A DNA stretch of 64,000 nucleotides, from assembly GCA_973895155.1 (NCBI GenBank), contig OZ316893.1, forward strand, positions 25,347,520 through 25,411,519, read 5' to 3'. Under the pieces are notes generated by a model. The model was not told the DNA's origin. It ran no database searches and was given only the letters and a program-made list of their open reading frames with translations. The stretch is from Marsupella aquatica. Taxonomy: Eukaryota > Plantae > Marchantiophyta. Made by a program: the position numbers and the translations under genes. Shown one piece after another: positions 1-15,500 of the stretch (within the stretch, counting starts at the first letter, position 1; each line of letters begins with the position of its first letter).

Positions 1-2225
1 TAATGGGGTATGTGGCTTGATGGAAATATGGCTGTTGGACGACAAAAACTATAGCCTATTTTGCCAAAAGTGACAAAGACTTTAGAGAGGTAGAATGTAT
101 CCAATTTTTGAAACTAAAAAAAGGTGGTCCTGGCCCTTTCGATTTGTTTTCTTTGCGTCCACTGGTTTTTGTCGGGGTGGCCTTTGAATGCAATCGGTGC
201 TCTGTCGGATTCCGTCTCCTTCTTTAAACAGAAAAAATTGAAGGCAAGTCAGTTTGAGTCACCTTTGTGCTCTCTCACAAGATTTGCAATAAAAGGTATC
301 TTAATTTGAAAAACAACATGTGATAAAAGGGAACTTTACATAAACCGAGCTGTGTTTAAAAGATAAGTTTGTTTGGAAGATTAGATCACACCATAGGATT
401 TCTGTTTGGGGGCTGAGTTCACTTTACACGAACTCAGCAGCGCAATGTGGTTTGGACACTCCCCTTTCCTCCATAGATGCAAGTGGGGCCCAAAACTATC
501 CTATGTGGTAGGGCACTCGGTGGTGTTTTCTAGACCATCTTTAGAGGAATAGAGGTGGTTCGCTGAGAGGACATCCTGGTTTTAGGGGGGAGGTGGGACC
601 TGTAATAACTTTTGGTTTAGAGTCTATATTTAGGTGGAACATTAGTCCACTCGTTTTGGTCTGGATGTCCTCTCGTTTTTGACGGTTTAGATTATGTAAA
701 GTGTAACTAAAGAGTTAGTTTCTCCCGTGTGTTGGGTTTCCTGCCTTTAAAACCCTGTGTATTGTTGTGGCGCTTATTGGTCTTTGTCTAGTTCTAGGGA
801 TGATCCAACGGTCACTACATGTGGAAGACCGATGGTTTTTACTCAGTTTCCATTCAACATTTAGTAGACTAAGGACCTCATCGAATGGACCAAACGTGTC
901 AATCCATCGCAAAAAATGATTAAATTTGTTTTTTTCTTTTCCTCTACCTGCTTTTTGAGTTTCCGTTTGCACACTTCTTTGGAGTTTGGTATTTGCACGC
1001 TTTCGACCCTGTTTGCTATTTCCTCATTGTCCTTTTTGTGGCACTTTTTTTGATAAACTCTGCCCAGTAATGATCTAAGTATGATCCAACAAGTCCAGAA
1101 AAGATCTCTGTCTGATATGAATGGCTCAATTTGACTTGCATTCCAATTTAGTGACATTTCAAACACAGACCATGATAAAGAAGGGAGCAGATTACATATT
1201 AGAGTATTTAGATTAGATTCAGGCTTTGGAAATGATTTATTCCCAACAACAATTAGATAGTGAGTAGGTTCAATATGTGTTAGCGTCCTATCGCATCATC
1301 GTTCCGAGTCACAGGTACTACACGGGGATTAAGTGTCAAACGGTTCCTTCATTGCTCTCATCACACCCTTGGGTGGTATTTTTGTTGGGGGGCACTGGGC
1401 TTTCTTGCTCCTATCATCATGTAAAACCTCGTAGGGTCATGCTCTATTCCCAAACCGAAGATTGCTCCGTAGGTATTTAAGTTCACCCTTCTGGGTGAAT
1501 GTTTTTTGGGGCTCTGTCCTTCTTGTCCTAAAGGGAAAACTGAACAAACTTTTACAAGCCTTGAGCACTTTTGGGGGTTTGTATTTGCCATCTTCTTTTG
1601 CATTTTGTGTTTGTCGTCCCTGGACCTCTTTTTCTTTTACTCATTGTCCTTTGTTTGGCCCTTTTAGAAAATTGGTCGTTCTTCCAAAAGTTCATTCACT
1701 AGTTTTAGGCGTGTCTTCCATGCTTCACATGTACTTTATGAAAGCTTGAACCTACCTTTTGGGCTCAAGTGATGACTGTTCTTGTACTGCATTGTACTGT
1801 GCCTAGGCCTGTAAATTAGCAAGATCACCCATTCATTGAACAGAAAAAGAAGTTTACTCTACATCCATTCACTTAACCCCACCCTCCTCACCCCCAACTC
1901 ATGGTACAGAGGCTTCACTCTACACAGGAGTCCTTGAGTCCTAGCTTTGCATTGCACTTCATTTAAGTAGTTAAATTAGCCATTTTCCCTTCCTGACAAA
2001 GGAGGCAAAAGTTCCTTAAACAATTTTATTGAAGTCTACCATAGTTCAACTGTAAGTCACCCCTCCTGTACTTTTGTCCTTATATTTCTATGGGTGGTAA
2101 TGAGCCATAAACCCCTGTCAGCCTAGCCTGGGATTTATGACATTTTGGTCCCCTTGGCTAGCTCCCATGTTAGGTTATCCATTTTCAAGTCATAAATAGA
2201 GTAAAATTACACTCTGGGCTGAATT

Positions 2226-2672
2226 AAAGCTTGCCCATCCTTTCCTTGCTCAAGCAGCAGTTTTTCCAAAATTGGTGAGTGCTAATGGTGGATGTTCAGT
2301 GGCCATGGCTGTAACCCTCTCCGGCTCACCGCCCACTGGAATTACATCCCGCAATCCCCTCACGACCATGGGTTACCCTACACCTTTTGAAGCTTGACCC
2401 TCCTTTTCTCGCTGAAGCACTGTTTTTCCCAAAGTTGGCAAGTGATAATTGTGGATGTCAAGTGGCCATGGCTGTAACCCTCTCACCCCTCTCTGGAACT
2501 ACAGTACATCCAACAACACTACAGTCATCCCACAAGACAACCCCCCTTTGCAACCATGGGCTACCCTAAACCCTACACTTTTTCGAATGGAAGCTTGACC
2601 CTCCATTTTCTCATTTTCTCCCTCAAGCACTGTTTTCCCCAAAGTTGGCTCAGAGTGAGTGATAATTGTGGA
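2226..2672. repeat. Tandem repeat, ~2.5 units of 160-200 bp
   Basis: aagcttg(a)ccc...aagca(c/g)..tttt(c)ccaaa.ttgg...gtggccatggctgtaaccctctc...accatggg.tacccta repeated. Confidence 0.75.
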
Positions 2673-3699
2673 GGAGTACGTTCTACTCGTGTCCCTCTCA
2701 AACATCCCGGCAGAGCATGCAGCAGGCTGTTCTTCACTTCTCTGACAGACAACGAGGCCCCGGGATGTGGCAACAGGAGACAGCCGGTCGTGAGAACCCC
2801 GTGAAGCCAAGACGTCTCACGGGGACGGTTGTCGGGAACTCGGGCGTGCAACGTCGCCATCCCCCCGTCGATCTACATACCCTCCTCGCATACAGCGCTC
2901 CATGCATTTCATAAATACGTACAGTCGCCCGCCCATACGTGCAGGGGCATACCCACGGGGTGAAAGAGTCGCTCTCTATCCGTCCAAGAAAATCTGTCCT
3001 CCCATATATTCCAGACAGGGACCGCGCGCCTCCGATATATCAGAGTTTGCACCTATGCCGAGGCTGCGCATAGCCTACTTATCGATGTTTTGCACGGGGT
3101 AAGAATCAGAAGTCACTTTGACCATCGTCCTCGTACGACGGTCTATACGTATGGTCGAGAGACTACTCGAGACCAACCCCGTCGTCTCGGTCCACGCCGG
3201 TCAGTGGAGCTCTTCGTCCATGGGCATATGGGTTCATGCGTTCATGGACTCCGTTTGTTCCCGGTACAGGCTACTGTCCCTGAACAGAGCTGAGGTACAC
3301 GGGCGGCCCGGCAGAGGGAGCACTTTTCGCCGACTGGGTACTGGTATCCCCTGGTGTCATCGGGATGAGCCTTTCTGCCACAAGACAGGAGTGATTTACA
3401 GGGCCCTGGGCTTTTTAGGATGCCGGCCAATTCTGTGAGGTAAATGACGAAACGCACTCAGAAAGCACGAAAGACAATCACGAATGGTGGACCCATATAA
3501 TCAGCATGTCTTAAAGTATAGGATAGGGAGTCTCAAATGTTAAATTGTTAAAAGAAGCAGGCTTTCAGTTGGGCTGAGACTTTGCGGTGCAGGATTCAAA
3601 CTTAAAACGTGGGGTACACTGAGTTGGAGGCTTTTATGCAAGGGCTCTCTCGCACATGGCAGGCCAACTCGCTAGCATGAGCCCTCTCAAAGTTCACCC

Positions 3700-5750
3700 C
3701 TTGACCACAAATGCCCCAAAACCACGTCCCGGCTGTAGTCTCAGCCACAATTTTTTGCGGTCAGTAGCCTTGACTATGAACGAGAAGTACAAAGAGTGAG
3801 ACACCCTAATAATGTCCTAGTTTCATGGCATTGTGGGTAAATTACAATAGAAAAACCACCAAGGACATTGAGCAAACTGGAGGATACTTCTTAGTCTAAA
3901 GATAGAATCCAGACCAGAAAATCTTGTGAAATCAAGTTCAATAAATGCAATCCCTTGAATGAAGGAGCCAAAGTTTCTAAATGTTTGGATTCTAAACTTT
4001 GAGACAAAAAAGCACCTGGCATCAGCATTTCCTTGGGCCCGCTTCTCGCCATCCAGGATCAGCAGACACCATACTAGAATGGCCCCCAAGTGTGAAGCTG
4101 TTCCATTCATTATAGGGTCCAAGTTTAATCTCAGAGGGAATGAAAAACAATGGACCTCCAACCTCTTGTAAAGCCACTCTTAAGACAGAGAGTGAATTGC
4201 CCGAGCTTCAAAGGACTTGTTGTTGGGTTTCATGGCTCAGGTTGCGTTTCCCTTCCTTTCCCAACAAACAGGAGTGAGAATTGTCACCTTGTCAATCTTA
4301 AGGTGGTATACTTGTCACTTTCTTGCATAAGTGCCTCTGAGGCTAAACCAACCAATGTTGGAGCCCATGTTTTCAAAGAAACACCTTCTTGGTTGAGAAA
4401 TTCTTCACCTTGAACTCTTCATCCAATCTAGAGAGCTCATTCAACATTTGCTTTGATAAGATTTAGTTTAGTCCCGCAGGGCTTATGTTCTTCATTTCAA
4501 TATTGATGAGCAATATTGGAGGTTATGTTGTGCAACACAAGTCCCCAAGTACTATCCTTTGCCACAACGGAGAGCACCTATACACTGAACTGCCAGATCC
4601 TCACAGCTCCCCCTCCCCCACCTTCCACACCCCTCACGAGGGCAGTAGTTATAGTCTTCTTTTCTGATTTTTATTACATATGAGGTGGCAATACTGATCA
4701 GGCGAGGAGAATGCTGGGATGGGTTTCCTTTTTCCATTGTCGCCAAAAGTTGGTCTGACATAACTTTATCGATATTTAAAATCTACTTTGAGATTGTTCA
4801 TCTCACACTTGTACCTCGTTTATTAGAAGCTGGAGGAGCACACACTGTGTCACTGTGAGGGTCATAGTCCATGTGAGTCATTCAAAGGTCTGAGCACTCC
4901 AGATCAACCTGAGTGTCAGACTTTCTTCAATGGAACATAAACGTTCAAGTTGCACCATGACATGATTGTAGTGAATGATTTCAAGGCTACAAGACCTGTC
5001 TAGAAAGCTGGATTTGAGGTGCTCCATGTGTAGAAGACTAGAGCATGGGAACTACTGTATTTGTACCCCAACGAACCAAAGATTTGCTCCCTCCACATGT
5101 ACAGAACCTCAACGTTGAGAGTACAATCGTCGCCATCTGATTAATCCAGAGTTGAAACATAGTGGACTAGCCTTTCCTAAGGCCGACAGAATCATCAAAT
5201 TTCAAAGCTGGTAATGGCCCCTCTCTTTCCTTCGTTGACAAACAACGGATTACGAGCAAAGCAAGCCAAGAAGTCTAACTAATAATGTAGCTTTTGGTCA
5301 ATCCCACACCCCCATCTGGCCATCTCCAGTGAAGAAAATCCTCCATTCCAAAAACCAATAAAAACAAATCTAGTGGGTACAGCTTAGCACAAAACACGCA
5401 CACATTCTCCTTACACGCCAGGACTGAAGAAAAACTGACAAAAAGGAAAACCATGTCCTGCTTCTAACCCTCCCCTCAAGATGGTCAGAAACCACCTTGG
5501 CATCTGTTCGTCAGAAGCCCATTATTAATATTGCTCCTCCCCACTAGACAGCCCTTAACATGACCCACTTCTTACAGCTCACATCCAGTCGTCCATGGAT
5601 CCCAATCAACAGCCCAGATCCCTCCTCTGCTCAAGGCAAGAGCACCCCCACGACCATCGATTGATCCCCATCACCATTAATGCCTTGTCCAGGATTAATA
5701 AGCTTCGCTTCTTTGCCGCTTACCCTCCTTAGCCAGAGAAAGTACAATCC
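3700..5750 (-). mobile_element. Highly decayed L1/Tx1-like LINE fragment (APE-endonuclease region)
   Basis: Scattered minus-strand remnants in plausible order (GVG ~5300, LDR ~5000, SD ~4755, VQGEE ~4405). No ORF; boundaries approximate. Confidence 0.3.
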
Positions 5751-8700
5751 CAATCCCCTTCTTTCTCAGGTGCACCCCATCATTCATTGCCACTCGAGTG
5801 GTGGCTTGGCCCTTGCCTTCATAGGTCAAAAGCAGGGCAGAATATTTCAACGTTCATTACAACGGCGACGAATTCACTACCTCACGGGGGTCATGAAGTC
5901 ATTAATTGGGGTGATTCCATAACCAATAATGTGGCACAACATTGAAGGAGGGGCTCCTGTAGAGTGGAGACAATTCCCATACCCATTCAATAACGACTTT
6001 GATCTCCCCCAAAACTACCCATATCAGGCTTTTATTTTCAGGCGAAAATTAGATGATTCCACCTCTATGAAAAGTCTTGGACACTTTTGACTAACACTGG
6101 CTAGATTCCTCCTCTCTTAACCAGTTTTGGCTGAAATTTGTTAAGCTTATTTTGTCTTCCAGTAGCCCAAGTTATCACCTAGCCACAAACTTTGGCCAGA
6201 AACTCATGATCATCGGTCAATTTCATGACCACTCTAGTCCTTTTTGAGAACCGCATATCCTACATGTTATGCAGTGGCAACGCCATCCTCACACAATGAA
6301 AAGTTTGGGGGTAGCACTAGTCCGTGTGAGTGACCACCCCCACAAGATATTCACAATCCTTAGAGGTGTTCTGGACTATTTAAAATATAAAGTGTGGACA
6401 ACCTTGGAAGTGCTCTGGGCTATTTAAAACATAGAGAGTGAGAAATCTAGGGGGTTGAGTAAGTTTATGTTTCGGCAAGCACATGCACTCCTAGATTAAC
6501 TATACTACCCACATTTTGTGACGAGAATAGTTATCTTACAAATATCTTTTTTTGATAGTTAAATGGAAATTTCACTTTGTGCGCTTCACAAAAATTTGGT
6601 CCAATTTCATGATAATAAATATTCTTTATGGCATGTGGTTCAATTTGTTAATGTAGTTGACCCTCCAAGAGGTAAATTCATGTCTTTGCAAGGTTGCTTT
6701 AGACCTTCTAGGCCCTTTCAAGGCCCACACCAAACCAAAAGGAGAAAGGTTATAAGGTAATGAAGGTTTTCTTCATGACATCACAAAAAAACAGACACAT
6801 TACATTCATCATATACCAGGAGATAGAAAATCTATCCTCAAACCTTATAGAACTAGAAGAAGGAAATTACAAAGCATTTCCCCTCTACTTCCATTCACAA
6901 GAATAGAAAACCTAACACATCAAGGTACCATTACACAAGTGCCACTTTGGAAAGTAACACACTTAAGACTGGAGGCCTACACTATACACTTGCTCTACAA
7001 ATTCATGTGTACCCCTTAAAATGCCACACTACAAGTGGAGCCTTGAAGAAGTTCCGTGAGTGGCAAGCAACTGAGGACTAGTGAGCCTGTACACTGTGTA
7101 CTTGCCCTACACCCTCTATATCCAAAGTATGGTCAAAGGGGAATTCTCTTATTTCAACAGAAAACCAGGAGCCATGTATTGACCCAGTTACTGCAAGGAA
7201 AGATTTACAGTCCAAGGGGTGCAGAAAAGGCAAGACAATGAACCTCAATCACAACACCTTTGCAACTGAAAGTAAATAACAGCTGCACAAAGCCTATTTA
7301 CAAGAAGAGGACAACCAAAGTACAATGTAGAAGAAGCAAAAGAGGCTCAAAGCCAACAAAGACTAAACTCAAAGGAGGTGTGCAAAGAGCAAAAGAAACA
7401 AAGAGCAAGGAGCAGGGAGGCAGTATAAAGCCCATTCAAAAGTAGTTTGTCAGCAAAACAATCTGATGCTAGATACAAGACGCAAGAGTTCCACAAAGCA
7501 GCCAAATGTTTTAGACTCACAAAGTCCCGCACCAGGTCCCGCACTACCAGCAGCAGGTTGTTTGGGCTAGAATTGCATTTCTTTTAGTACCCTGGGAGTC
7601 TAAGGACCTCACATGCAGGCTTTGCTTAAGTATGTGTGGCTCTATACTTGTCTCTATGGCTGTTTGTGACTCTTTTGGCTGTGATCTGGCTACTAACCAA
7701 GCTATGGTCTGGGGGATACAAAGGTTTACAACTCCATTGCGCACATATCATTTCATTGTGTAGATTTTTGTCATTGGTGACTTACATACATTTGATATGC
7801 TATGGCTACAATCAAGGTAACTACAATACTATATGTCCTGAAGATGGTCATGCAGGGGTCATGCTGGAGGGCTTTGCCTCCAATGTACATTGGCATGTCT
7901 ATTGCATGCCTGCTCACTAGTTATGTAATTTAGGTGGTTATTTATTGGGTTAGGTTAGATGTTCTTGACTTAAGCTTGGATGTCCTCAAAGCAGAAGAAT
8001 CTCTTATAGGACGGGGCTGGGCTACTTAGGGCACCACTTCTCTTCATTTCAACAATTTTTCTTGAGTGATTGTTGAGGCAGCATACTTCTGACATAGCTT
8101 GCCACTCCACACAGAGAATTAGATGGTGGTTTATTAGATGCTCCTCAGCAACATTGGCGTTAAGACCAAGTTACATTCTGGTTTCACTAGAGTTGTTTCT
8201 ATTGCGGCTCTTATATATAGAGGTTTACACCTTTACTACATACATACCATTTTTCTCTATAGACATTTATGTCATTGTTGGTGACTTACATGTTTCCATA
8301 TATTGTAGTATGATACTCTATGTTAAACCAGTGAGATACATTTTGCAAGCACATATTGTGACATACATTTTGCAAGCACATATTTTGTGACATCCATTGC
8401 TAAGAGGAGTGATGATTTTTACGACAAAAGTGTGTGGAGAATAATGGGTTTTGTCTCCTGGACTGTGGTCTGATCCGGCCTGGAGCCACGTGGTTTCTAC
8501 GTTGTGGTGAACATCATCTGTGCCTGGTAGCGTATGTTTGACCTTATTGTGTTTATAGACTCCTTTTTTGCCACAGTCATATTTTGGAATTTGACTCATT
8601 GCTTACCTGGAACTCATAAAGTAATGTATGTTTCTCACATGGTTCTTATACTAACCACAGTCATGGCAAAGTGGGCATCTAATTGCAAACAAGATTGAAA

Positions 8701-9389
8701 GATGAGGCTTCCATCCTATAACTGCCTAAAGGAACACATATGGGCTGATTGGGAGGAATAGCTTCTCAACGGTGGCCCCTTATCTCTACATAAGTGGTGG
8801 CTAGTGTTGGCTGCCATGTTTGGCAGGAATGACACCCGGAGAGAGTGTCTCTATCCTGGCTTGTATTACACCTCTGACAGAGATTCCACCATATGTCATA
8901 AGATCCTGAATATGCCTGAGATTGGGTATGCCAACCTACCATTTGGAGAGGATAGAGGTCACAGGAGGGGGGAATCTCTGGTGACCGCACCCAAGATGAA
9001 GGATTTGCTAACCTATGAGCCTCTGAATGAACATCTGATTTTTCTTTTTAGCATTTATTCACCTCTTTGTTCCATCTTTGGTATCTAGCATAGCCATTGA
9101 CACATTTATTAAGGATCTCTGTTTTATCTGGTATATGAGGGGCCTCTACATTCACCCTCAGATGTCACATTTGCTTGTATGTCCTTTTGCTGGAACCTGG
9201 TTCCCATGTTTCACTAGGACTGTCATGTGAGGGCCAAGTGAAATGAAAATTGTGATGGACCCATGTAAATAGGACATCTTAGAGAGAGAGTGAGGAAGCT
9301 ACAACCCCACGGTTGATACTGTAACTACAGTAGTTTGAGTGTGAAATTAGTGTTGCTAACTAGACGATGGAAATAGGGCTTTTCTACAC

Positions 9390-9545
9390 TAATTCAATCA
9401 TGCTAGGGCCAAGGATTTCATTGAGAACCTTGGGCACCCACCTTCTGCGCATGGGGCAGAGATTTTTATTTCCAATCCATGGATTTTTAAATATGGGTAA
9501 CATAAATTCATGAATGTAGCAACTAATTTGTGTGACCTGATGTAG
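9390..9545. repeat. Dispersed repeat shared with ~14750-14915
   Basis: ctagggccaagga...gcacccacctt...gcatgg.gca...ggtaaca.(a)aattcatga...aacta.ttg...acctga at both loci. Confidence 0.55.
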
Positions 9546-12500
9546 TGTGAGTAACACTCATTGTCATAAACAGTGTATAAAATGAGAGTTGAAAAGGTTA
9601 AACTTTCTTACAATAGATAAGTGCTATCTGAGTGTAAACTGGATTTTTATCAGTCCATCTGGGTTGTGCTGGTCCATCCAGGTCCATTGTCAATCTCGAC
9701 AGGTCCAGTTAGGTACCTCGGTAAATCTGAGAATTATGTAAATAATCCATATCATTCCTTAATGTCACCCATTACGTGTGTTAGGTCCATGAGGTCTTCA
9801 AATAAGGTAGAGGTCAATCAAGTTTGATGTTTGAGAACCCCTAAAATGCACTGCCATGAAAGCTAGCCCCTAAACACAACCCCATGGTGCTGTATTCGAG
9901 TAGTGGGCCATGAGGTAGTTGGAGGCCTTGTGTTAAAAAGTGGACGTTGTGTTCAATATTGGGGTTATCATATGATTCATGACTTTTGTTCCTGTCGTGC
10001 TCTATATAAACAATTTTAGGCTCAAACCTTGAGCACGATTTCCAACTCGAGCACAGCACCCACACATTGTGTTGAACTGAAACACAAAGCCCGGATATTC
10101 TGTTAAATGGACGTCATGTCTGAATTAAAATATTTTTCTGACATTAGACCCCAAATTTGCATTTTCGAACATACCTCATTACCTGTTCTCATTACCTCCA
10201 TGACGACATGTTCGGGAGAAGACACTAGTCTCCACAACCCTGAACGATGAGGTGTAATTATTTCAAATTCTTGCCTCCTATGAGCACTTCCCTTCACTAC
10301 AGTACCACTACTGTGAAGTCGTCCATCACTCACTGAGTCACACAGTCACACTGCACGTATGTGCTTTGAGATGCAAAGTTTGATTGATGGGATCTGACAT
10401 CTGGCTACTTTTTAATAATTACGATCAAGGGAGCGATGGAGGCATGGAGCTTTGAAGCAAACTGCAATCAATGTATGCGGCGAGATACCCCAGAAGAATT
10501 CGTTGAAAGTGTTTGTTTCTCCTCAGTCCACACACTTAACTGTAACAGTAATCACATGGCCTTCTCATTGAATAGGAGGCAAGAAAAGTCAAGTCAAAGC
10601 TGGATCGAGTCCCAATGCTCCGTGCAGAAAACACTATTATTGGCAATCCTTCCCATCCCTTTAAGACCTTTCCTCCCTTATAGGTGTGTCCCTCACACGA
10701 GTTTTGTTTAACGCCGTTCCATTCCACCCAACACCAGGTGTTAATTTATTATTATTATTCTTTCGAGCATCTCGTCTCCTTTATTTCGCACCAGTACTTC
10801 TCCCAATTCTAGGATGGCAAAATATCCAAGGATCTAAGCTCATGGGAACACAAGGACCAAACATGGTCACATTCATCGCAACGAAATTGGGATCCTGGCT
10901 GGCTTCTTATACTTTGGTCCGTGTCAATGGTCGGTGTCAATGGTCACATTGAGTATCTTTGCTCAATTTCTCCAAAAGAATCATGTCACCTTTACATGCA
11001 TCGGACACTTAGGCTAGGGGCTTCTATTTTGGAACGGTAATTGTGAGCTTAGATCTTGTCAATAAATGAAAACTCCCCATCATGAATTTTGAATGGTGTG
11101 TACCATAGCATAATAGCAATGCCTTCCATTAACCTCACCGACCTCGGCTTACCCTGTCCCTCAATACTTAAAGACACCCAAAAGGGCTTTGGTGTTGAAG
11201 GGTTCCGTTGCACAATCATCTCTCTCGTTTCATGTGATTGGGTGCCCAACTTCCCATGTGTAATGGAGAAATATTCCTCGAGGTTTTTCATGTGGAAGGA
11301 AGGATTTAAACAACACCTCGACAATAGTGTTCACACTTCACATTTATCTTGGATTCCATGGACAGTTTGGATTGAATGAGCATCGAAAGACTCTTGTCAC
11401 CATGACGAGGGCAGCATACTCAGGTGTACCATCCTTAATGTACCTCCAGGGGAAATTGGATGGAATGATGCCTTGAACTAAAAGGGGACTCAAATCTCCC
11501 ACATAATTATGGGTAAATGGTGTGAGGAAATGAATGTTTTTACCGTTGTTTCAAGTCCACACATTCCCAAAATTGGATCAATGGGGGGCACGTACCAAAT
11601 GAGCCAAGTATTTAAAGGGAGCCTCACATTTGGACTGAAAGAATTGTGACAACAACTCCCTGTAGGTGGCTCCCTAAATCCTAAATGAGACGATTCCCAC
11701 ACCCAACAAGACTTAGCTGGCTAAGTTGTCACCTCTTCGAACTACTCATCATTTAATCCTCCTGAAATCTCACCATGAGTATTTGACTCAACAGCTAACC
11801 ATTCCTGGCATTTGTGCATAATCACCACCATACTGGCGCATCAAAGCCCTGCAGCATGATTCAAAATTCATATATTGAAAATATTTTCACACTTGAATAT
11901 TGTCGAATATAGGGCCAGAAGACCCAAGACAAACTACATGCAAGATGTGTTTGAGCCTCCCCAAAATCCTAAACCAACTATCCATGAAACTACTGCCTAA
12001 ACTTGCAAGACTTGTCAAGCCCAGACCTGCTCAACATCCTACAAATAAATTGATGACTTAAGGCTTAATGTTTCTGCACAGATTCTCCTCAAATCCTTTT
12101 TTCACCTGTACAGTTTCCTGGCCACGTTCTGGGAAAATTTTCAAACGGACAACAACTTTACATGGAGTCTGAATCCATGCTCCACACGTTTAAAGCACTC
12201 CCGTTTCTTATGCTCCACAAGCACTTAGAAAATCTTGCAGTCTTGATTTTTGGACGGTTCCCTTCACTGCTCACCCAATCCCTCCCCCAACATCCTCAAA
12301 ACTGCTCAGAAAAAAATCAGCAGCAAACCCTACTCACTATAGCTGTCTCGCAGCCTCCTAGACAGACTGGAGCTGTCTCGACCAGTATGGCTGCTCAATT
12401 CCTCTCCACAATAGTAACATGCTTTATTGACAAGTTGAATTTTTTTCCTGTTTCCTTTTTTTTTGGGGGGGGGGGGGGGAGAGCAAAACAACAACTCTTT

Positions 12501-15500
12501 CAGGGGAGTTTTCTAATTGTTTTTGTTTCTAATTAGTTTTATTATTGTTTTGAGAGCAAGCCTTGTTGACAAGTAAAAATTTCTCTTTAGTATTCTTTTG
12601 TTTTTTGGGGGTGGGGAGAGAAGCAAAACAAACATTTCTCCAAGGAAAAGTTGTGGCTTAGCTCTGGGGCTTAGGATTGTGGTTTTATTTGGCTAGGGAC
12701 TTTGTATTGATTTCTCTAATTTGGTTTTTTGTGGGGGGGGGAGATGCAAAACACCTTTCCAGTGGATATTTGCGGTTTGGCTACTCGGCTTTGTATTGTT
12801 TTTCCTGGTTTATTCATTTGGGAGGTGGAAGAGGCGAAAGAATAGCTATTCAAAGGGAGATATGTGGTGTGGCCTGGGGCTTCGTATTGTTTTCTCATTA
12901 TTTTTGTTTTAGTTCTTGGGGGGGGGGGGGGTTGGTACGAGAGAGAACAGAAATAACACATATCCAAGGGGAGAATTAAATTTTGGCTATGGGGCTTATT
13001 AGGATACTTAGGAAGCCAGCTCGTGGACGGTTGCCTGAGGGGAAGACTGGGTCTCGTCATGATGAGCTGTGTGGGCCGTTCGACAACCTTTTTTCCCAAA
13101 CCCCCATTATTCATGTGTAAATATATAATAAAAGTACCCATTATAAAATGCCGTACCAACCAAAAGCAGTGCATGTTGATGTACAGTGAATGAACTACAC
13201 CTCTTTCGGTCAAGACCAGAAGATATTAAACATGGTAACTTTCCCCATAAAGGGCCTGGGGCTTCGCGCCATTCATCCTGGCCCCACCACCGCCTTGGGG
13301 AAAAAAATAATACTGTTCGCTAAAACCAAAACTTGGCCAGCACATTCTCAACCTCGCTCCCAACCTCCCTGGTTACCATACCCCTTGCCCATACAGGGCC
13401 AGACTGTACCCACTCATCGTGGTGGAGGGAGTGCCACCATCGAGTTTACACAAACACAGTGCTTCGTTTTGTGTTATTACCATAAACAATCATGAATCTA
13501 AGTATTATCAATCTCCTGGGAACCTACTCTTCAGGGGCCACAGGGTCTAGAGTCTAGAGTGAAGCCTCTAGGTAGTGAGTCCGCCTCTAGTGTAGATAGT
13601 GACTCCGGAAGTGTAACTGAAGTTAAGGGTGACCGTGGAAAATGGGAATTGGGGGCAGGTTGAGTTCTAGAAATGATACAACACGCTTGAATGTCATGCC
13701 CTCTATTGAGGTTCAACTAACCGGCACCAACCCTGCCTTTACAGAAACACTGGTATTTGGGCCTTGTTTTTAATATGTAGTAGGGATAAAACCAATCATG
13801 ACTCAACCAATGTAATACCAATCCTGCCCAAACTTCTCCATTTTCTGTTTAGGAATTGAGTTGTGCGCGGGAAGCAATATGGATGGTGGAGATGATCCTT
13901 TTCTGTCACCATTGGATCGCCTCTAGACCCCTCCAAAGCCTGCCTGCAGCCCGGTCTTTAGTTGGTCTGGTCTGGGCTGTGCCTCCCCCATCGCCCAGGG
14001 TAACATCTTAGAATTGTGGAGTCTTGTCCTCACTTGCCCACCCCCCCCCCCCCCCACCACCTAAAACACACACACACCAAAACAACGATAACAACTAAAG
14101 TTTGTGTACCCACTGAAGGCGGTGGGAGGGATGACACTTCTGGTGAGGAAATTTCTACATTTTGTTTCCAAAATGTCATAGGGTCACAATGAAGTCATAT
14201 TTGGTTGGACCACTATGTGTAACCATTAACAAAATGAACCTGGAAACTAAGTGCTAGCTCTACTTTCCATCTGGCTCAAAAATTGTATTGCTGCATCATA
14301 TCTCCTATGCACACACCTCTTTATTATATTGTCTTCTTGAGTTTAAGTGACAAACAAGCTCCTTCTTTGTTGGTGGTCACCGAGTACTGGTGACTGCTTC
14401 CAACCTGCAACACATGCACCTTGCAATCAGTTCAGTTCAAAGTGACAATCACTGGGATGTCTCTTGAGCAATTTTATTAGGTTGAGGTCGTGGTGGTGAG
14501 GTGCAAGGAGTCCATGAAAAAAAATCAATGCTACTGTTGCCTGGAAACATTTGTCCACAATATCAATCCATCCCCTTTTTGCCAATTTTTCTGATTACTT
14601 TGTCTTCAAGTGTCCTAGGAACTTAGTTGTCTCTGTGTAATCAAATAGCTACGCCCCTCACCACTCTTAGTGCTATCATAATATTAGCGTAAGTGGGAAT
14701 TAATGTTAGTAACCATAAGAGGGGGCCCAGGGGTTAGGGAATTTCTGCGCTAATTCATGCATCCTAGGGCCAAGGAGTCTCACCTAGATTTTCATGCCAA
14801 ACCTGCAGGAGCACCCACCTTGCTGCATGGTGCAAAAGACAATTGTTCGAGATGCATGAATTTTTATTTAGGTAACACTAATTCATGAGTATAGCCAACT
14901 ATTTGCTTCACCTGAATGAACCTACTTGAAGAATTCTAATTGAAAGGAATAGTGGAGTCTTCGGTTTATAGACTACTTTGATAAAGGGTGAGAGAGAGAT
15001 TTACTGTCCCAACTCTCAAGGTTGCCAAAATCTTGTTTGGACCTTCTTTTCTAACTGACATAAAGGTGTCCTGACACTAACCACCCGACTATAACCATAT
15101 ATGATATATCACACTATGTCTTTAGCACATCGAGAGCACCACTACTCCAATTACTATTTCAGTTGTTTGTCCTATCCATTATCTTCGGGCACCCTATCCC
15201 AAAACGATTTTGGAAATCACTGCATTTCCAGCATACGGATAGCTGCCTATGGGGTTTTCTCCATTTCCTGCACTTGTTCATTAGAAGACAAAAGAAAGAA
15301 GAAATCAAGCCTGGAGAACTATAGCATCGACAAACAACTTGGATAGACCATCACAACCAGGATGGACTATTTTCAAACATTGCTCTGAACTCAGATAGTA
15401 TGATTCCTTTCTATAAATATTAACACTCTCATGGGTCTCTAAAGCTGCTAGCTCCATCCAAGTTTCATGATTGTGGTCCATGTAAGCAGTATATGCAGGT

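Noticed and set aside
7500-9250. Old CRE-like LINE remnant on the plus strand (LRLGMP-like words)
   Set aside because: Only isolated short words among many stops; not supportable.
10960-12300. Decayed DNA-transposon ORF on the minus strand (PFW..WY.P, FWP words)
   Set aside because: Too fragmentary to assign a family or boundaries without a database search.
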